Source of the DNA: Candidatus Helarchaeota archaeon
GTDB lineage: Archaea; Asgardarchaeota; Lokiarchaeia; Helarchaeales; RDOG01
Length of the DNA stretch: 64,000 bases
Reading direction: 5' to 3'
Assembly (NCBI GenBank): GCA_019058315.1
Contig: JAHPZH010000002.1
Coordinates: 544,001-608,000 of the forward strand
A model generated the notes under the pieces. That model was not told the origin of the DNA and searched no databases. It worked only from the letters and a program-made list of their open reading frames with translations. The translations under genes and the position numbers were made by a program. Shown one piece after another: positions 38,569 to 48,552 of this stretch; within the stretch, counting starts at the first letter, position 1; every line of letters begins with the position of its first letter.

Positions 38569-39852
38569 TTATACGCCATATAATCTATTCATAATAGGAA
38601 CCACATCTTCCACAGAAGGATTCTTCGGTACAGACTCTATATTATTTTTTCCTTTAATTAATAAAAATGCATTATCGTAAGAATGTTTTCCAGTATAAAT
38701 ATCACTTTCAAAAATCTCCTCTCTATGAAGATTTCCTCTTAAATTATATCCCTTATTCGATAATAAAACTAGATCAGGTGCATTTTTCAAATAGGGACCT
38801 TTGTATATTTCATGATTTGTAAATATTCTGTTAATAACTTTATCCTGACTATATTTCAATCTTTTAAATGAACTAATAATATCTTTAATTAAATCTTCTG
38901 CTTCACTAGGTGTTACACATCCTTTTGGATATTTTCCTTCTTTATTAAGATAAATTCTGGAAGGAAATAAACAAAATGCTCGAGTTCCTTCTTTGATGTT
39001 GTTAAACTTTTTTTTAGGTTCATTTCCTAGTTTTAAAAATCCTTCTTGAACTAGATGAGTGTTTAAATTTACATTTAATTTTGTATTTTCCATACCATGG
39101 TCTGATATCATGATCAAAATATCATTTTTATTCAATTGCTCTTTTATTTCTCCAATTACAGAATCAATTCTTATAAAAAATTCCAAAAACTTTGCATGAA
39201 ATTCATGTTCTTTGTTTTCATAAGCAGTCCATAGGAAGTGTTCTAATCTATCACTTCCTGTAAATACTAACATAAAATAGTCCCATTCAATTTCTTTCCA
39301 AAGAAATCTATATAGTTTAATACGATTTTCGAGGGTTTTGAATAAATACTTAAAAAATAAAGAGAGAGATTTATGTGCTGTGCTTGAATCTACATCGACT
39401 TGATAATTTAAATTTTTAAGTTTAGTAATGTATGAAGCAGGATATACAGATTTTTCTAAATCTGGTGAAACAAATCCAGAAACTAAAAATCCATTAAGTT
39501 TTTGAGCAGGGTATGTCATTGGAACATTTAAAATGACATATTTCTTCTGTTCATCTTTTTGCCAAAATGGTTGAGCTTTTAATTTTAAAATATTTGTAAA
39601 AGAAAGTGTATATGTTCCCTCAATTATATTTGTAAATCCAAAAATACTATGTTCACCTGGATTTTTTCCTGTAATTATGGAACTCCAAGAAACAGACGAT
39701 TCCTCAGGTAATGAGGAATACATTTTTTTAAAAATTCCCTCATCCTTCAATTTTTTAAAATTTGGCATTATGTCTCTATTTGAAAGATCCTCCAATAAAT
39801 CATAGGGAACTCCATCAATCCCAATTATAATGACTCTCTTTTTATTTTTCAA
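38569..39852 (-). CDS. Alkaline phosphatase superfamily, type I phosphodiesterase/nucleotide pyrophosphatase (COG3379-like)
   Basis: IIGIDGV, SWSSIITGKNPGEH, DRLEH, SDHG, APDLV, GKH. Confidence 0.85.
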   Translation of the reverse strand: MKNKKRVIIIGIDGVPYDLLEDLSNRDIMPNFKKLKDEGIFKKMYSSLPEESSVSWSSIITGKNPGEHSIFGFTNIIEGTYTLSFTNILKLKAQPFWQKDEQKKYVILNVPMTYPAQKLNGFLVSGFVSPDLEKSVYPASYITKLKNLNYQVDVDSSTAHKSLSLFFKYLFKTLENRIKLYRFLWKEIEWDYFMLVFTGSDRLEHFLWTAYENKEHEFHAKFLEFFIRIDSVIGEIKEQLNKNDILIMISDHGMENTKLNVNLNTHLVQEGFLKLGNEPKKKFNNIKEGTRAFCLFPSRIYLNKEGKYPKGCVTPSEAEDLIKDIISSFKRLKYSQDKVINRIFTNHEIYKGPYLKNAPDLVLLSNKGYNLRGNLHREEIFESDIYTGKHSYDNAFLLIKGKNNIESVPKNPSVEDVVPIMNRLYGV

Positions 39853-39987
39853 TTTTCTTACTCAAACGAATTAGTTGATTTAAAAAATTAATAGAAAATA
39901 TATATATGTTTTTTAATTAAAGAATTTCATTTATAGCATTTTTAGATGAAATTTAAAATCAATTAAAAAAAAATATAAGGAAATATT

Positions 39988-40923
39988 ATGAAAATTTTAA
40001 TAACGGGTATATTGGGATATATAGGTTCAAGATTGGCTATATTAACAAGGGATAAACACGAAATTACGGGAATAGACAATGGATATGCTGCACAAATAAG
40101 TAAAATAGATGGTATAGATCTATATAATCTGGATATAAGAGACCATAAAAAAATTGAGTCTATAGCTTCTAAATTAGACTTAATAGTGCATCTTGCTGCC
40201 ATTAGTGGAGTAGATACTTGTAAAAAAAATCCTTTATTAGCTCATGATGTAAATACTCTGGCAACCATAAATTTAGCTTGGATTTGTAGACAGAATCAAA
40301 TACCTTTAATTTTTCCAACGAGTATGGCGATGTTAGGGGATCCAGTTAAATTTCCAATAGATGAAAAACATCCTAGAAAACCAAAAAATATCTATGGTTA
40401 TACTAAATATATTGCTGAGCAAAATATTAATCTCTATGCCCAAAATAGTTTCCCTGCTATTATGTTTATGACGAGTAATATATATGGACACCATATAATC
40501 GATGGAAAATTAATTTTGAAAAATACTGTTATAAATAAATTCATTGGATTGGCAAAAAATGGCAAACCTCTAACAGTTTACAGTCCAGGAACTCAAGCAA
40601 GAGATTTCCTACATTTAGAAGACACCGTTAGAGCTTATATAGATGTTATTAATAAAATTAATGAGTTTAAAAATGAGGCTTTAACTATGACACTTGCAAG
40701 CGGAAAAAGTACACAAATGAATGATATTGCTGAAATTATTTTCAATGAAGCACAAAAACGAGGTTATAAAACAAAAATAAATCTGATTAAAAATCCTCGA
40801 AATAATGAAACCTTAACTGATAATTTTAAAATTAATATTAGTAAGATTGAAGAATTGATTAATTTTAAACCCATGTTTACTATCCAAAGTGGAATAAAGG
40901 AAATTTTTGATTTAAAATATTAA
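39988..40923 (+). CDS. NAD-dependent sugar epimerase/dehydratase
   Basis: ITGILGYIG, HLAA, YGYTK, RDFLH. Confidence 0.9.
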   Translation: MKILITGILGYIGSRLAILTRDKHEITGIDNGYAAQISKIDGIDLYNLDIRDHKKIESIASKLDLIVHLAAISGVDTCKKNPLLAHDVNTLATINLAWICRQNQIPLIFPTSMAMLGDPVKFPIDEKHPRKPKNIYGYTKYIAEQNINLYAQNSFPAIMFMTSNIYGHHIIDGKLILKNTVINKFIGLAKNGKPLTVYSPGTQARDFLHLEDTVRAYIDVINKINEFKNEALTMTLASGKSTQMNDIAEIIFNEAQKRGYKTKINLIKNPRNNETLTDNFKINISKIEELINFKPMFTIQSGIKEIFDLKY

Positions 40924-41043
40924 AAAATTTTTATTTTAATTAAAATTGTGTTCATAATTCTCTCATATTATTATATTATCGATTTTCTATCAAAAAATAT
41001 TAAATCATTAATTAATTGATATGGTCAAGACAGGTGATTTAAA

Positions 41044-42414
41044 TTGAATTTAATGGAATTTTCCGAGGATCAAGTAAAAAAAGCTATAAAAAATGGACAA
41101 ATTACTATTTCAGTTATCGGTTTAGGTAGAATTGGTCTGCCGACTGCAGTTCTTTTTGCTGAAAGTGGAGCAAATGTTATTGGTGTTGATATAGACCCAA
41201 AATTAATAGAATTATTAAAAGATGGTAAAAATGAATTAGATGAACCAAGTTTAGACGAATTAATTAAAAAAAATATTAAAAATGGGAAATTAAAAATAAG
41301 TTTGGATTTAAAATTTACAATAAAAAATTCCCAAGTTATTATTATATGTGTTCCTACCTCAATTAATAAAAATCATTCAGCAAATTATTCAATTATTAAA
41401 AAAGTTATCGAAGATCTTTCTGGGATCATAATTCCAAATCAAATAATCATCATAGAAAGTACAATCTCACCAGGTATGGTCGAAAATTATATGATTCCTG
41501 TACTAGAAAGAGGGTCAAAACTGAAGTGTGGTAAAGATTTTTTTATTGCAAGCTGTCCAGAAAGAGCTAATCCTGGAAATATTATAAAAACTTTTAAAAA
41601 TACTCCCAGAATAATTGGTGGAATTACTCAAAAATGCACAAATATTGCTAGTGCAATATATTCTTCGGTTATTGATTCTGAAATTATCAAAACGACCAAT
41701 CCAAAAACTGCTAATGCAGTAAAATTAACAGAAAATATTTTTAGAGACATAAATATAGCATTGATGAATGAATTGGCAATTCTTTATGAAAAACTTGAAA
41801 TAAATATTTTTGATGTTATTAAAGCCTCATCGACCAAATGGAATTTTATTCCACATTATCCAGGTCCTGGAGTAGGTGGCTCTTGTCTTCCTGTTAACCC
41901 CTATTATTTAATTGATGAGGCTAAAAAAGTTGGGTACGAATTAAATTTGATTCTTATGGCTAGAGAAATTAATGAACAAATGCCAGAACATATTGTTCAA
42001 TTGATAGGTAAGAGCCTAGAGATTGCAAAGAAATCTATTAAAAACTCAAATATATGTATACTAGGCTTATCTTATAAACCTGATATAAAGGATATACAAT
42101 TATCTCCCGCAATTTCCATTATAAATAAATTAAAACATCTCGAAGCTAAAATAAGACTATTTGATCCTTATTTTAAAAATCAAAATATTTTAGATATTAA
42201 GGTTAATAGTTCACTAGAAAATGCTGTAAAAGATGCGGATTGTTTGGTTATAGTAACTAAACATAAATTAATTAGTAATATTAATCTCCAAAATATTCAA
42301 AAATTAACTAAGAGTCCACTAATTATTGTTGATGGAAGAAAAACTTTTAATTCTGAAAATTTACCAAATAAAACTATTTATCAATGTGTTGGTTGTCCAC
42401 TTATTATATCTTAA
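41044..42414 (+). CDS. UDP-N-acetylhexosamine 6-dehydrogenase (WecC/WbpA family)
   Basis: GLGRIG, PERANPG, KLTENIFRDINIALMNEL, GPGVGGSCLPVNP. Confidence 0.9.
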   Translation: MNLMEFSEDQVKKAIKNGQITISVIGLGRIGLPTAVLFAESGANVIGVDIDPKLIELLKDGKNELDEPSLDELIKKNIKNGKLKISLDLKFTIKNSQVIIICVPTSINKNHSANYSIIKKVIEDLSGIIIPNQIIIIESTISPGMVENYMIPVLERGSKLKCGKDFFIASCPERANPGNIIKTFKNTPRIIGGITQKCTNIASAIYSSVIDSEIIKTTNPKTANAVKLTENIFRDINIALMNELAILYEKLEINIFDVIKASSTKWNFIPHYPGPGVGGSCLPVNPYYLIDEAKKVGYELNLILMAREINEQMPEHIVQLIGKSLEIAKKSIKNSNICILGLSYKPDIKDIQLSPAISIINKLKHLEAKIRLFDPYFKNQNILDIKVNSSLENAVKDADCLVIVTKHKLISNINLQNIQKLTKSPLIIVDGRKTFNSENLPNKTIYQCVGCPLIIS

Positions 42415-42472
42415 AACATCTATGGAATATTTTTACTTTGAATTGGATGTAAATTTCTTTTTTAATAATTAA

Positions 42473-43432
42473 TCATTTTTCAATTGTAAATTTTAAAAAT
42501 GCATCTTCTAAGCTTGGGGTAATTGATTTAAATTCAGAGATTTTATATTTTGAGATTACATCCATTAGTGTTGGTAGATTTTCTTCGAAATGGAATTGAA
42601 CTTCAATCCGATTTTCAGCTATCTGTTTAATATGTTCAATAAATTCTAAATTGTTTAATTCATTAGTTAGTTTAGCTATATCCTTAGTTTCAATTTGATA
42701 AATAAAACTAGATAACACACTATGTCTAAGTTTTTCAGGAGTATCAATTGCAATAATATTTCCTTGTTTTAATAATGCTATTCGTGAACAAACATCATTG
42801 GCAACTTCCATATTATGAGTTGTAATGATAATCGTTTTCTCCATTTCTTTTAATAATATTCTGATAAACCTAGAATTCTCTGGATCTAATCCCAAAGTCG
42901 GTTCATCTAGAATAAGGATTTCTGGGTCGTGAATAAGTGCCCTTGCTAGTGCTAATTTTGATTTCATTCCTAATGAATAATTCTCTACATATTGATTTTT
43001 CCAATTAGTTAAATCAACCAAATCTAAAAGTTCGTTAATTCGTTCGTTATAATTAAGAATATTATAAATCTTGCAATAATATTTTAAATTATCATACCCA
43101 GTTAATCGATAATAGATCATTGTATTACCAAACATAGTTCCTGTCATTGATTGAATTTTGAAAAAATTTTTACTTACATCTTTATTATCTATTATAATTG
43201 AACCCGATGTAGGTTCTAATAAACCACAAAGAATTTTTACTATGGTTGTCTTACCTGCTCCATTTGGTCCTAATATACCAAAAATTTCATTTCTCATAAC
43301 TTCAAAACTTACATTTTTAACAGCCAAAAAATCTTGATATACTGGCAATATAAGATTTCTAATAGACCCTTTGTCCTTCTTTATTTTATAATATTTTGTT
43401 ATGTTTCTAACATCAATAAATACATTTGACAT
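42473..43432 (-). CDS. ABC-2 type transporter ATP-binding subunit
   Basis: GPNGAGKTT, YSLGMK, ILDEPT; start moved to ATG 43432, just past the permease stop. Confidence 0.9.
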   Translation of the reverse strand: MSNVFIDVRNITKYYKIKKDKGSIRNLILPVYQDFLAVKNVSFEVMRNEIFGILGPNGAGKTTIVKILCGLLEPTSGSIIIDNKDVSKNFFKIQSMTGTMFGNTMIYYRLTGYDNLKYYCKIYNILNYNERINELLDLVDLTNWKNQYVENYSLGMKSKLALARALIHDPEILILDEPTLGLDPENSRFIRILLKEMEKTIIITTHNMEVANDVCSRIALLKQGNIIAIDTPEKLRHSVLSSFIYQIETKDIAKLTNELNNLEFIEHIKQIAENRIEVQFHFEENLPTLMDVISKYKISEFKSITPSLEDAFLKFTIEK

Positions 43433-43436
43433 AGTT

Positions 43437-44345
43437 CTAATATCCATGAATTCCGTATTTTTTCCAAATATTATTAAATAAGAATACGCCAAGAAAAACC
43501 ATGACTATTGAAAAAATAACTATATATACAATTGAAAAAATGATATTTGGACTATAAATTCCAAAATACACATTTTGAGCTAAGCTAACTCCATGATAGA
43601 ATGGATTCAAAAATATTATAGGTTGTAGGAAATCTGGGAAAAATTCAAAGGGTATACTATAACAACTCAAAAATAGTATAATAAATTGTATAAGTTCAAA
43701 TATTGCACGATAACTTTCAGTTGAAATAAAAACAGCCCCCTTCATCAATCCTATCCCTGCTGATGCAATAATCATTAAACATGCTATTAAAAATACAAAA
43801 ATTATCTGAATAAATGAAACAGGAACAATCAGGTAACTAATAATTATTAATAAAATAAAAAATAACAGAGATTCAAATAATGTTATAAGAATAAAGCCAA
43901 ATAACAATATATATCGATTAACCGGTGCTAAGATAATTCCTTGAATTGTGTTCCAAAATTTTTCTAATTGAAATCGCTCTATAAATGCGTTAAATCCATT
44001 TCTTGAAAAAACAAAAACAACATTACCTATTAATAACCAAGATAAATAATTTGACTGATTAAAAGATGAAAGGAAATTTGCTTCAATAAATTCATATAAA
44101 TAGTAATAGTAAATTACGCTATTTGGCTCATATTGATATGCTAAATATATGTTTATTAATGAAAATATATTGGGGTTCTGGGTAAAAAATATACCTGCAT
44201 ATAGAATTACAAATGGAATTATTGATACAAAAGGTTTTATAAGTGTTCTAGTGAAGAAATAGATTGGAAACCGTAATTTAAGCTTAAATTCTTTTTCTGA
44301 GATTCCAATTGTTTTTCTATAAATTCTATTTAATCTTTGTAACAT
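43437..44345 (-). CDS. ABC-2 type permease
   Basis: Six TM, FPDFLQPIIFLNP motif, adjacent ATPase. Confidence 0.85.
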   Translation of the reverse strand: MLQRLNRIYRKTIGISEKEFKLKLRFPIYFFTRTLIKPFVSIIPFVILYAGIFFTQNPNIFSLINIYLAYQYEPNSVIYYYYLYEFIEANFLSSFNQSNYLSWLLIGNVVFVFSRNGFNAFIERFQLEKFWNTIQGIILAPVNRYILLFGFILITLFESLLFFILLIIISYLIVPVSFIQIIFVFLIACLMIIASAGIGLMKGAVFISTESYRAIFELIQFIILFLSCYSIPFEFFPDFLQPIIFLNPFYHGVSLAQNVYFGIYSPNIIFSIVYIVIFSIVMVFLGVFLFNNIWKKYGIHGY

Positions 44346-44533
44346 TAAACTTAACCCAATGTTTGATTATTTTTTATTTGTAAAGTATTCTATTTTTTTT
44401 TTTGGTATGTGTATTGAATTAAGAAAACTTAAAAATCTAATAAGAAATTGAAATAAATAAAATTTTATCAATAATTTCGTAAGAAATGTAGATATTTGAA
44501 TTTTAAAGTTTTACTCAAACCGGAGATTTAAAA

Positions 44534-45859
44534 ATGGAAATAAAAAATATTGGAATTGTCGGTTTAGGGTATGTCGGATTAACAACTGGAGTTGGCTTCG
44601 CTTTTAAAGGATACAATGTGATAGGTATTGATATAAATAAAACAAATGTTGAAAGAATTAATTCGGGTGAAGTTACTTTTTATGAACCAGGTTTGGCAGA
44701 ATTGCTTAAAAAAATGATAGAGAAACAGAAATTCAAAGCCAGTGTTAATATTAATGATCTTTTAATTTGTGAAGTTATTTTTATTTGTGTAGGCACTCCT
44801 CCAAAAGAAACTGGTGCTAGTGACTTAAATCAAATTGAAAGTGCGGCAATTGAAATAGGTAAAATATTACAGAAAATGAATAAGAATCCAATAATTATTA
44901 CCAAAAGTACTGTTCCACCCGGTACAACACAAACAGTAGTATTACCTTTATTAGAAAAATATTCTGGAAAAAAAGTTGGAAGAGATTTTTCCATTGCAAT
45001 GTCTCCGGAATTTTTAAAAGAAGGGAATGCATTAAACGATTTTCTTCATCCTGACCGTACAATATTTGGAGCATATGATGATAAAACATCAAAAATTTTA
45101 TATGATTTCTTTAAAATTTTTGATAATCCAATCTTTGCTGTTAAAAATATCTCCACTGCTGAAATGATTAAATATATAAATAACGCATTTTTGAGCACAA
45201 AAATATCATTCATCAATGAGATAGCAAATATTTGTAGGCTAATTGAAAATGTAGATGTAACTGATATTGCAAAAGGTATAGGAATGGATGAAAGAATAAG
45301 TGAAAAATTTCTTAGAGCAGGTTGTGGATTTGGGGGCTCGTGTTATCCTAAAGATGTAAAAGCTATAATTGCTTTTGCGAAAGGTAGAGGATATTCTCCT
45401 TTATTATTATCATCTGTTTTAGAAGTAAATGAAAATCAAGCTCAAATTACTGTAGATATCTTAAAAAACGCCCTTCCGGATTTAAGCAATAAAAAAATCT
45501 CTATATTAGGGTTAGCATTTAAGCCTGAAACTTCTGATATGCGTGAAGCATGTTCGCTTAGGATAATTAATATTCTTAAACAAGAAAAAAATGCAGAAAT
45601 AACTGTTTATGATCCTAAAGCAATGGAAGAAGCACGAAAAATCTTAGGTAATACAGTACACTTTACAAATTCTATTGAAGAATGCATTGAAGGAGCTGAT
45701 GCATGCATTATCGTAACCGAATGGGATGAATTTAAACCTTTAAAACCAGAGTTTTTTCTAAAACATATGAAAAATCCCCTCATTATTGATAGTAGAAAAA
45801 TTTATGATCATGAGAAATTTTCTAAAGTTCTATCTTATTACGAAATAGGACGACTTTAA
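44534..45859 (+). CDS. ugd: UDP-glucose 6-dehydrogenase
   Basis: GLGYVG, KSTVPPGT, PEFLKEG, GFGGSCYPKD, GLAFKP. Confidence 0.92.
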   Translation: MEIKNIGIVGLGYVGLTTGVGFAFKGYNVIGIDINKTNVERINSGEVTFYEPGLAELLKKMIEKQKFKASVNINDLLICEVIFICVGTPPKETGASDLNQIESAAIEIGKILQKMNKNPIIITKSTVPPGTTQTVVLPLLEKYSGKKVGRDFSIAMSPEFLKEGNALNDFLHPDRTIFGAYDDKTSKILYDFFKIFDNPIFAVKNISTAEMIKYINNAFLSTKISFINEIANICRLIENVDVTDIAKGIGMDERISEKFLRAGCGFGGSCYPKDVKAIIAFAKGRGYSPLLLSSVLEVNENQAQITVDILKNALPDLSNKKISILGLAFKPETSDMREACSLRIINILKQEKNAEITVYDPKAMEEARKILGNTVHFTNSIEECIEGADACIIVTEWDEFKPLKPEFFLKHMKNPLIIDSRKIYDHEKFSKVLSYYEIGRL

Positions 45860-46452
45860 TCTCTGTTCCTAATAACTCTACACGGATTTCCATAAGCTAC
45901 TACATTTTTGGGAATATTTTTCGTCACAATTGAACCAGCACCAATAAGTGAGTGTTCTCCAATCTCAATCCCTGGTAATATAATAGATCCTGCACCAATT
46001 GCGCAATTTTTTCTAAAAATAGGACCTTTTAAAAGATTTTTATCTGTAACTGGGGGATATTTATCATTTGTAGTAATTACACATGGTCCAATAAATACCC
46101 CGATTTCAATTTTTACTCCCCATGTAATATAAACTCCACTTTGAATATTAACATTATTTCCTATGATACAATTTCCATCTACAATGCTATTGGTGCCAAT
46201 TAAAACATTATCTCCAATATTTGTCTTCTCTCTAATCATTACATTATGGCCAGTTTTGAAATTTTTTCCAATTTTTACCTCCCCATAAATTTTAGAACCG
46301 CTTCTTATCAATAATTTTTCCCCAATTTTTAATCCTTTATCATTAATCCCCAATTCCACATTATTTCCAATAATGGATTTATCATTTAATTTCACATTTT
46401 TATGAATTATGACATTTTTTCCCTTTTCAATGGAATTTTTCATATTAATCAT
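45856..46452 (-). CDS. Hexapeptide-repeat sugar acetyltransferase
   Basis: IGxN repeats, TNDKYP, IGAGSIVTKNIP..GNP. Confidence 0.9.
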   Translation of the reverse strand: MINMKNSIEKGKNVIIHKNVKLNDKSIIGNNVELGINDKGLKIGEKLLIRSGSKIYGEVKIGKNFKTGHNVMIREKTNIGDNVLIGTNSIVDGNCIIGNNVNIQSGVYITWGVKIEIGVFIGPCVITTNDKYPPVTDKNLLKGPIFRKNCAIGAGSIILPGIEIGEHSLIGAGSIVTKNIPKNVVAYGNPCRVIRNRD

Positions 46453-46553
46453 CCAATTTGAGAATAAATAAGTATTTTAGGTTATCTTGACTTTAAAATT
46501 TAAGATTTTTGAAACATGAAATTATTAGTTTATTTAGTTGATAAAAGAAAAAA

Positions 46554-47024
46554 TTATTTGAGAAGTGATTCATCCGCATATGCTTCTAGAATTTCTCCGA
46601 AATAAAGACGATGGGAACAAATAGACCCTGATTCTGCTTCATGAATAATTTTACACTCGTAATTTATCATTGCTTCAGCTATTATGGGAACATCTATGAT
46701 TTTTGCTGGTTCTAAAGTTAAACCCGCCATTTCAATTTTATCTGTAGTTCTACCAGAATAAGAACCAGCAATGGATACAGCTGATCGAATTTTTGGTGAT
46801 GGAACATTCAATGAAAATTCCTTGACTTCTCCTAATAATGAAAAAGAATAGCGACTCGGAGCTACTGCAATTACACAAACAGGATCTCCCCATAAATTAC
46901 CAATGGTTTTCCAATCCAAAGCCATCATATTAGTTTTTCCTTCTTTAGATTGTGTGACTAGAAGCGCAGTTTTACTAACAGTTATGTTCGCTAATTGGAA
47001 AGGATCAATTTTTACTTTCTTCAT
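46554..47024 (-). CDS. Flavin reductase-like FMN-binding protein
   Basis: NMMALDW, RYS, EFSLNVP, SGR..DK, YECK, H..YFGEI; start likely ATG 47024. Confidence 0.8.
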   Translation of the reverse strand: MKKVKIDPFQLANITVSKTALLVTQSKEGKTNMMALDWKTIGNLWGDPVCVIAVAPSRYSFSLLGEVKEFSLNVPSPKIRSAVSIAGSYSGRTTDKIEMAGLTLEPAKIIDVPIIAEAMINYECKIIHEAESGSICSHRLYFGEILEAYADESLLK

Positions 47025-47074
47025 AAGTAACTTATAAAGGAAGATATAATTATAAAATAATTTGATCAATTGAT

Positions 47075-47284
47075 TTGGAATCGATGATTTTGGTAAAGTT
47101 AGTAATTAACTATGATAAATGCACAGGTTGCGGAACTTGCGTCGAAACTTGCCCTGTAAATGTATATAAAATAGATGAAGACAAAGGAAAAACAAAAATT
47201 GTTGCTATTAATGAATGTCTCGATTGTAAAGCATGCGAAGTTCAATGTCCAGAAGAATGTATCGAAGTTATTTCTGAAGATTAA
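47075..47284 (+). CDS. 2x[4Fe-4S] ferredoxin
   Basis: CTGCGTCVETCP and CLDCKACEVQCP. Confidence 0.92.
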   Translation: MESMILVKLVINYDKCTGCGTCVETCPVNVYKIDEDKGKTKIVAINECLDCKACEVQCPEECIEVISED

Positions 47285-47376
47285 TTTATTTGTTTAATTT
47301 TTTATTCAATATTTAAAAAACCGTTCAATTTATAAAGAATATTTAATTTATGAAAAATATAAAAATACCAAGAACT

Positions 47377-47507
47377 AGCCCGGTGGTGTAGCGGCCAAGC
47401 ATATAGGGCTTTGGTAGATTTAGTGAACATTAGATCTGGAGAAACCCTGCGACCCCAGTTCGAAAAGCTGAAAAATATTCAGTTCGAAAATCTGGGCCGG
47501 GCTACCA
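47377..47507 (+). tRNA. trnQ: tRNA-Gln(UUG) with two introns (47415-47443 at 37/38; 47465-47490 at 59/60), encoded CCA
   Basis: Acceptor AGCCCGG/CCGGGCT + A + CCA; anticodon stem TAGGG/CCCTG with CT-TTG-G; T stem CCCAG/CTGGG; both inserts fold as bulge-helix-bulge. Confidence 0.93.
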
Positions 47508-47515
47508 ATTAATTA

Positions 47516-47533
47516 TTTTCATTTATTTTTTTT
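47516..47533 (+). terminator. Putative oligo-T terminator after tRNA
   Basis: T-rich tract ~10 nt after CCA. Confidence 0.45.
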
Positions 47534-47616
47534 AATTTATCAATAAGATGTGAAAAAAAATCTTTAGCTTTAAAATTTACAAAAAATTTTAAAGGTCCGC
47601 ATATAAACAAATTATA

Positions 47617-48531
47617 ATGAACCGTTTAAAGAGTAAATTAAAAAAATTTGAATGGGTACTATCTAATCCTTTTACTAAATTAAAACTTTATTCATTAAAA
47701 TCTAGTTCAATAAAAAAAATAATATATATTTTAATTGAAACTTATAATAAAAACAGAATTTTAACCCGAATGAAAGACCTTTTAAAAAGCAAATCGTTCA
47801 CAAAAAAGGCATTGGCGGTACTTGATAATGAATTAAGTGTTCATAGTTTATCAAGTATCGGTGAAAGTAAACCTAAAAGATTTCAAGGAGATGTCAAATT
47901 AAGCTATTTAATCGATAGAATAATAAAATTTTTTAATATTTCATCTTTTATCGAAACTGGAACTCACTTAGGGGGAACTTCATCAGTAATGGCAATTTTA
48001 CATCCAAATTTACAAATATTTACATGTGAAATAAATAGAAATTTCTATAAAATAGCAAAGGAGGGGCTTAAAAAATATAAAAATGTTTATATTGAAAATA
48101 AAAATTCTAAATCTTTTTTATTAGAATTGATTAAAAATAAAAAAATATCAGATGTTCCATTGTTATTTCTCGATGCTCATTGGTATGATTTTACACCACT
48201 TCAAATCGAGGTAAAAGTAATTTCTTCAAAAGTGAATAAAGCAATTTATGTTATTCATGATTTTGAGGTTCCTAATAAACCCGAATACCATTACGATATT
48301 CAGAGAAGATCAAGTAAAAACCCAATTGCATGTAATCTTGCTCTTATAAAAAATAATTTTAAATCTAGAAATCAATACAATCTTTTATTTCCGAATTATG
48401 GTAAAAGCAACTCAAATTTATCTAGACTAATTGGATACGTTGTAATTTTTCAAAATCTTTCAACATTATTTAATAAATTTTTAAATATTAAATATATTCA
48501 AAATAATTTTTTTGAATATAAGGAATTTTGA
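47617..48531 (+). CDS. Class I SAM-dependent methyltransferase-like protein, paralog of 26473..27324
   Basis: FIETGTHLG, FLDAHWYDF, IHDFEVPN. Confidence 0.7.
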   Translation: MNRLKSKLKKFEWVLSNPFTKLKLYSLKSSSIKKIIYILIETYNKNRILTRMKDLLKSKSFTKKALAVLDNELSVHSLSSIGESKPKRFQGDVKLSYLIDRIIKFFNISSFIETGTHLGGTSSVMAILHPNLQIFTCEINRNFYKIAKEGLKKYKNVYIENKNSKSFLLELIKNKKISDVPLLFLDAHWYDFTPLQIEVKVISSKVNKAIYVIHDFEVPNKPEYHYDIQRRSSKNPIACNLALIKNNFKSRNQYNLLFPNYGKSNSNLSRLIGYVVIFQNLSTLFNKFLNIKYIQNNFFEYKEF

Positions 48532-48552
48532 AATACAAATTTTACTTTAAAA

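Noticed and set aside
42473-44345. ABC transporter as Wzm/Wzt polysaccharide exporter
   Set aside because: ATPase looks like a generic ABC-2 drug/NodI type; substrate cannot be assigned from sequence.
26473-47507. Glycosylation cluster as an island integrated at tRNA-Gln
   Set aside because: No integrase, no duplicated tRNA 3' end seen, no obvious GC shift, and one methyltransferase paralog lies beyond the tRNA.
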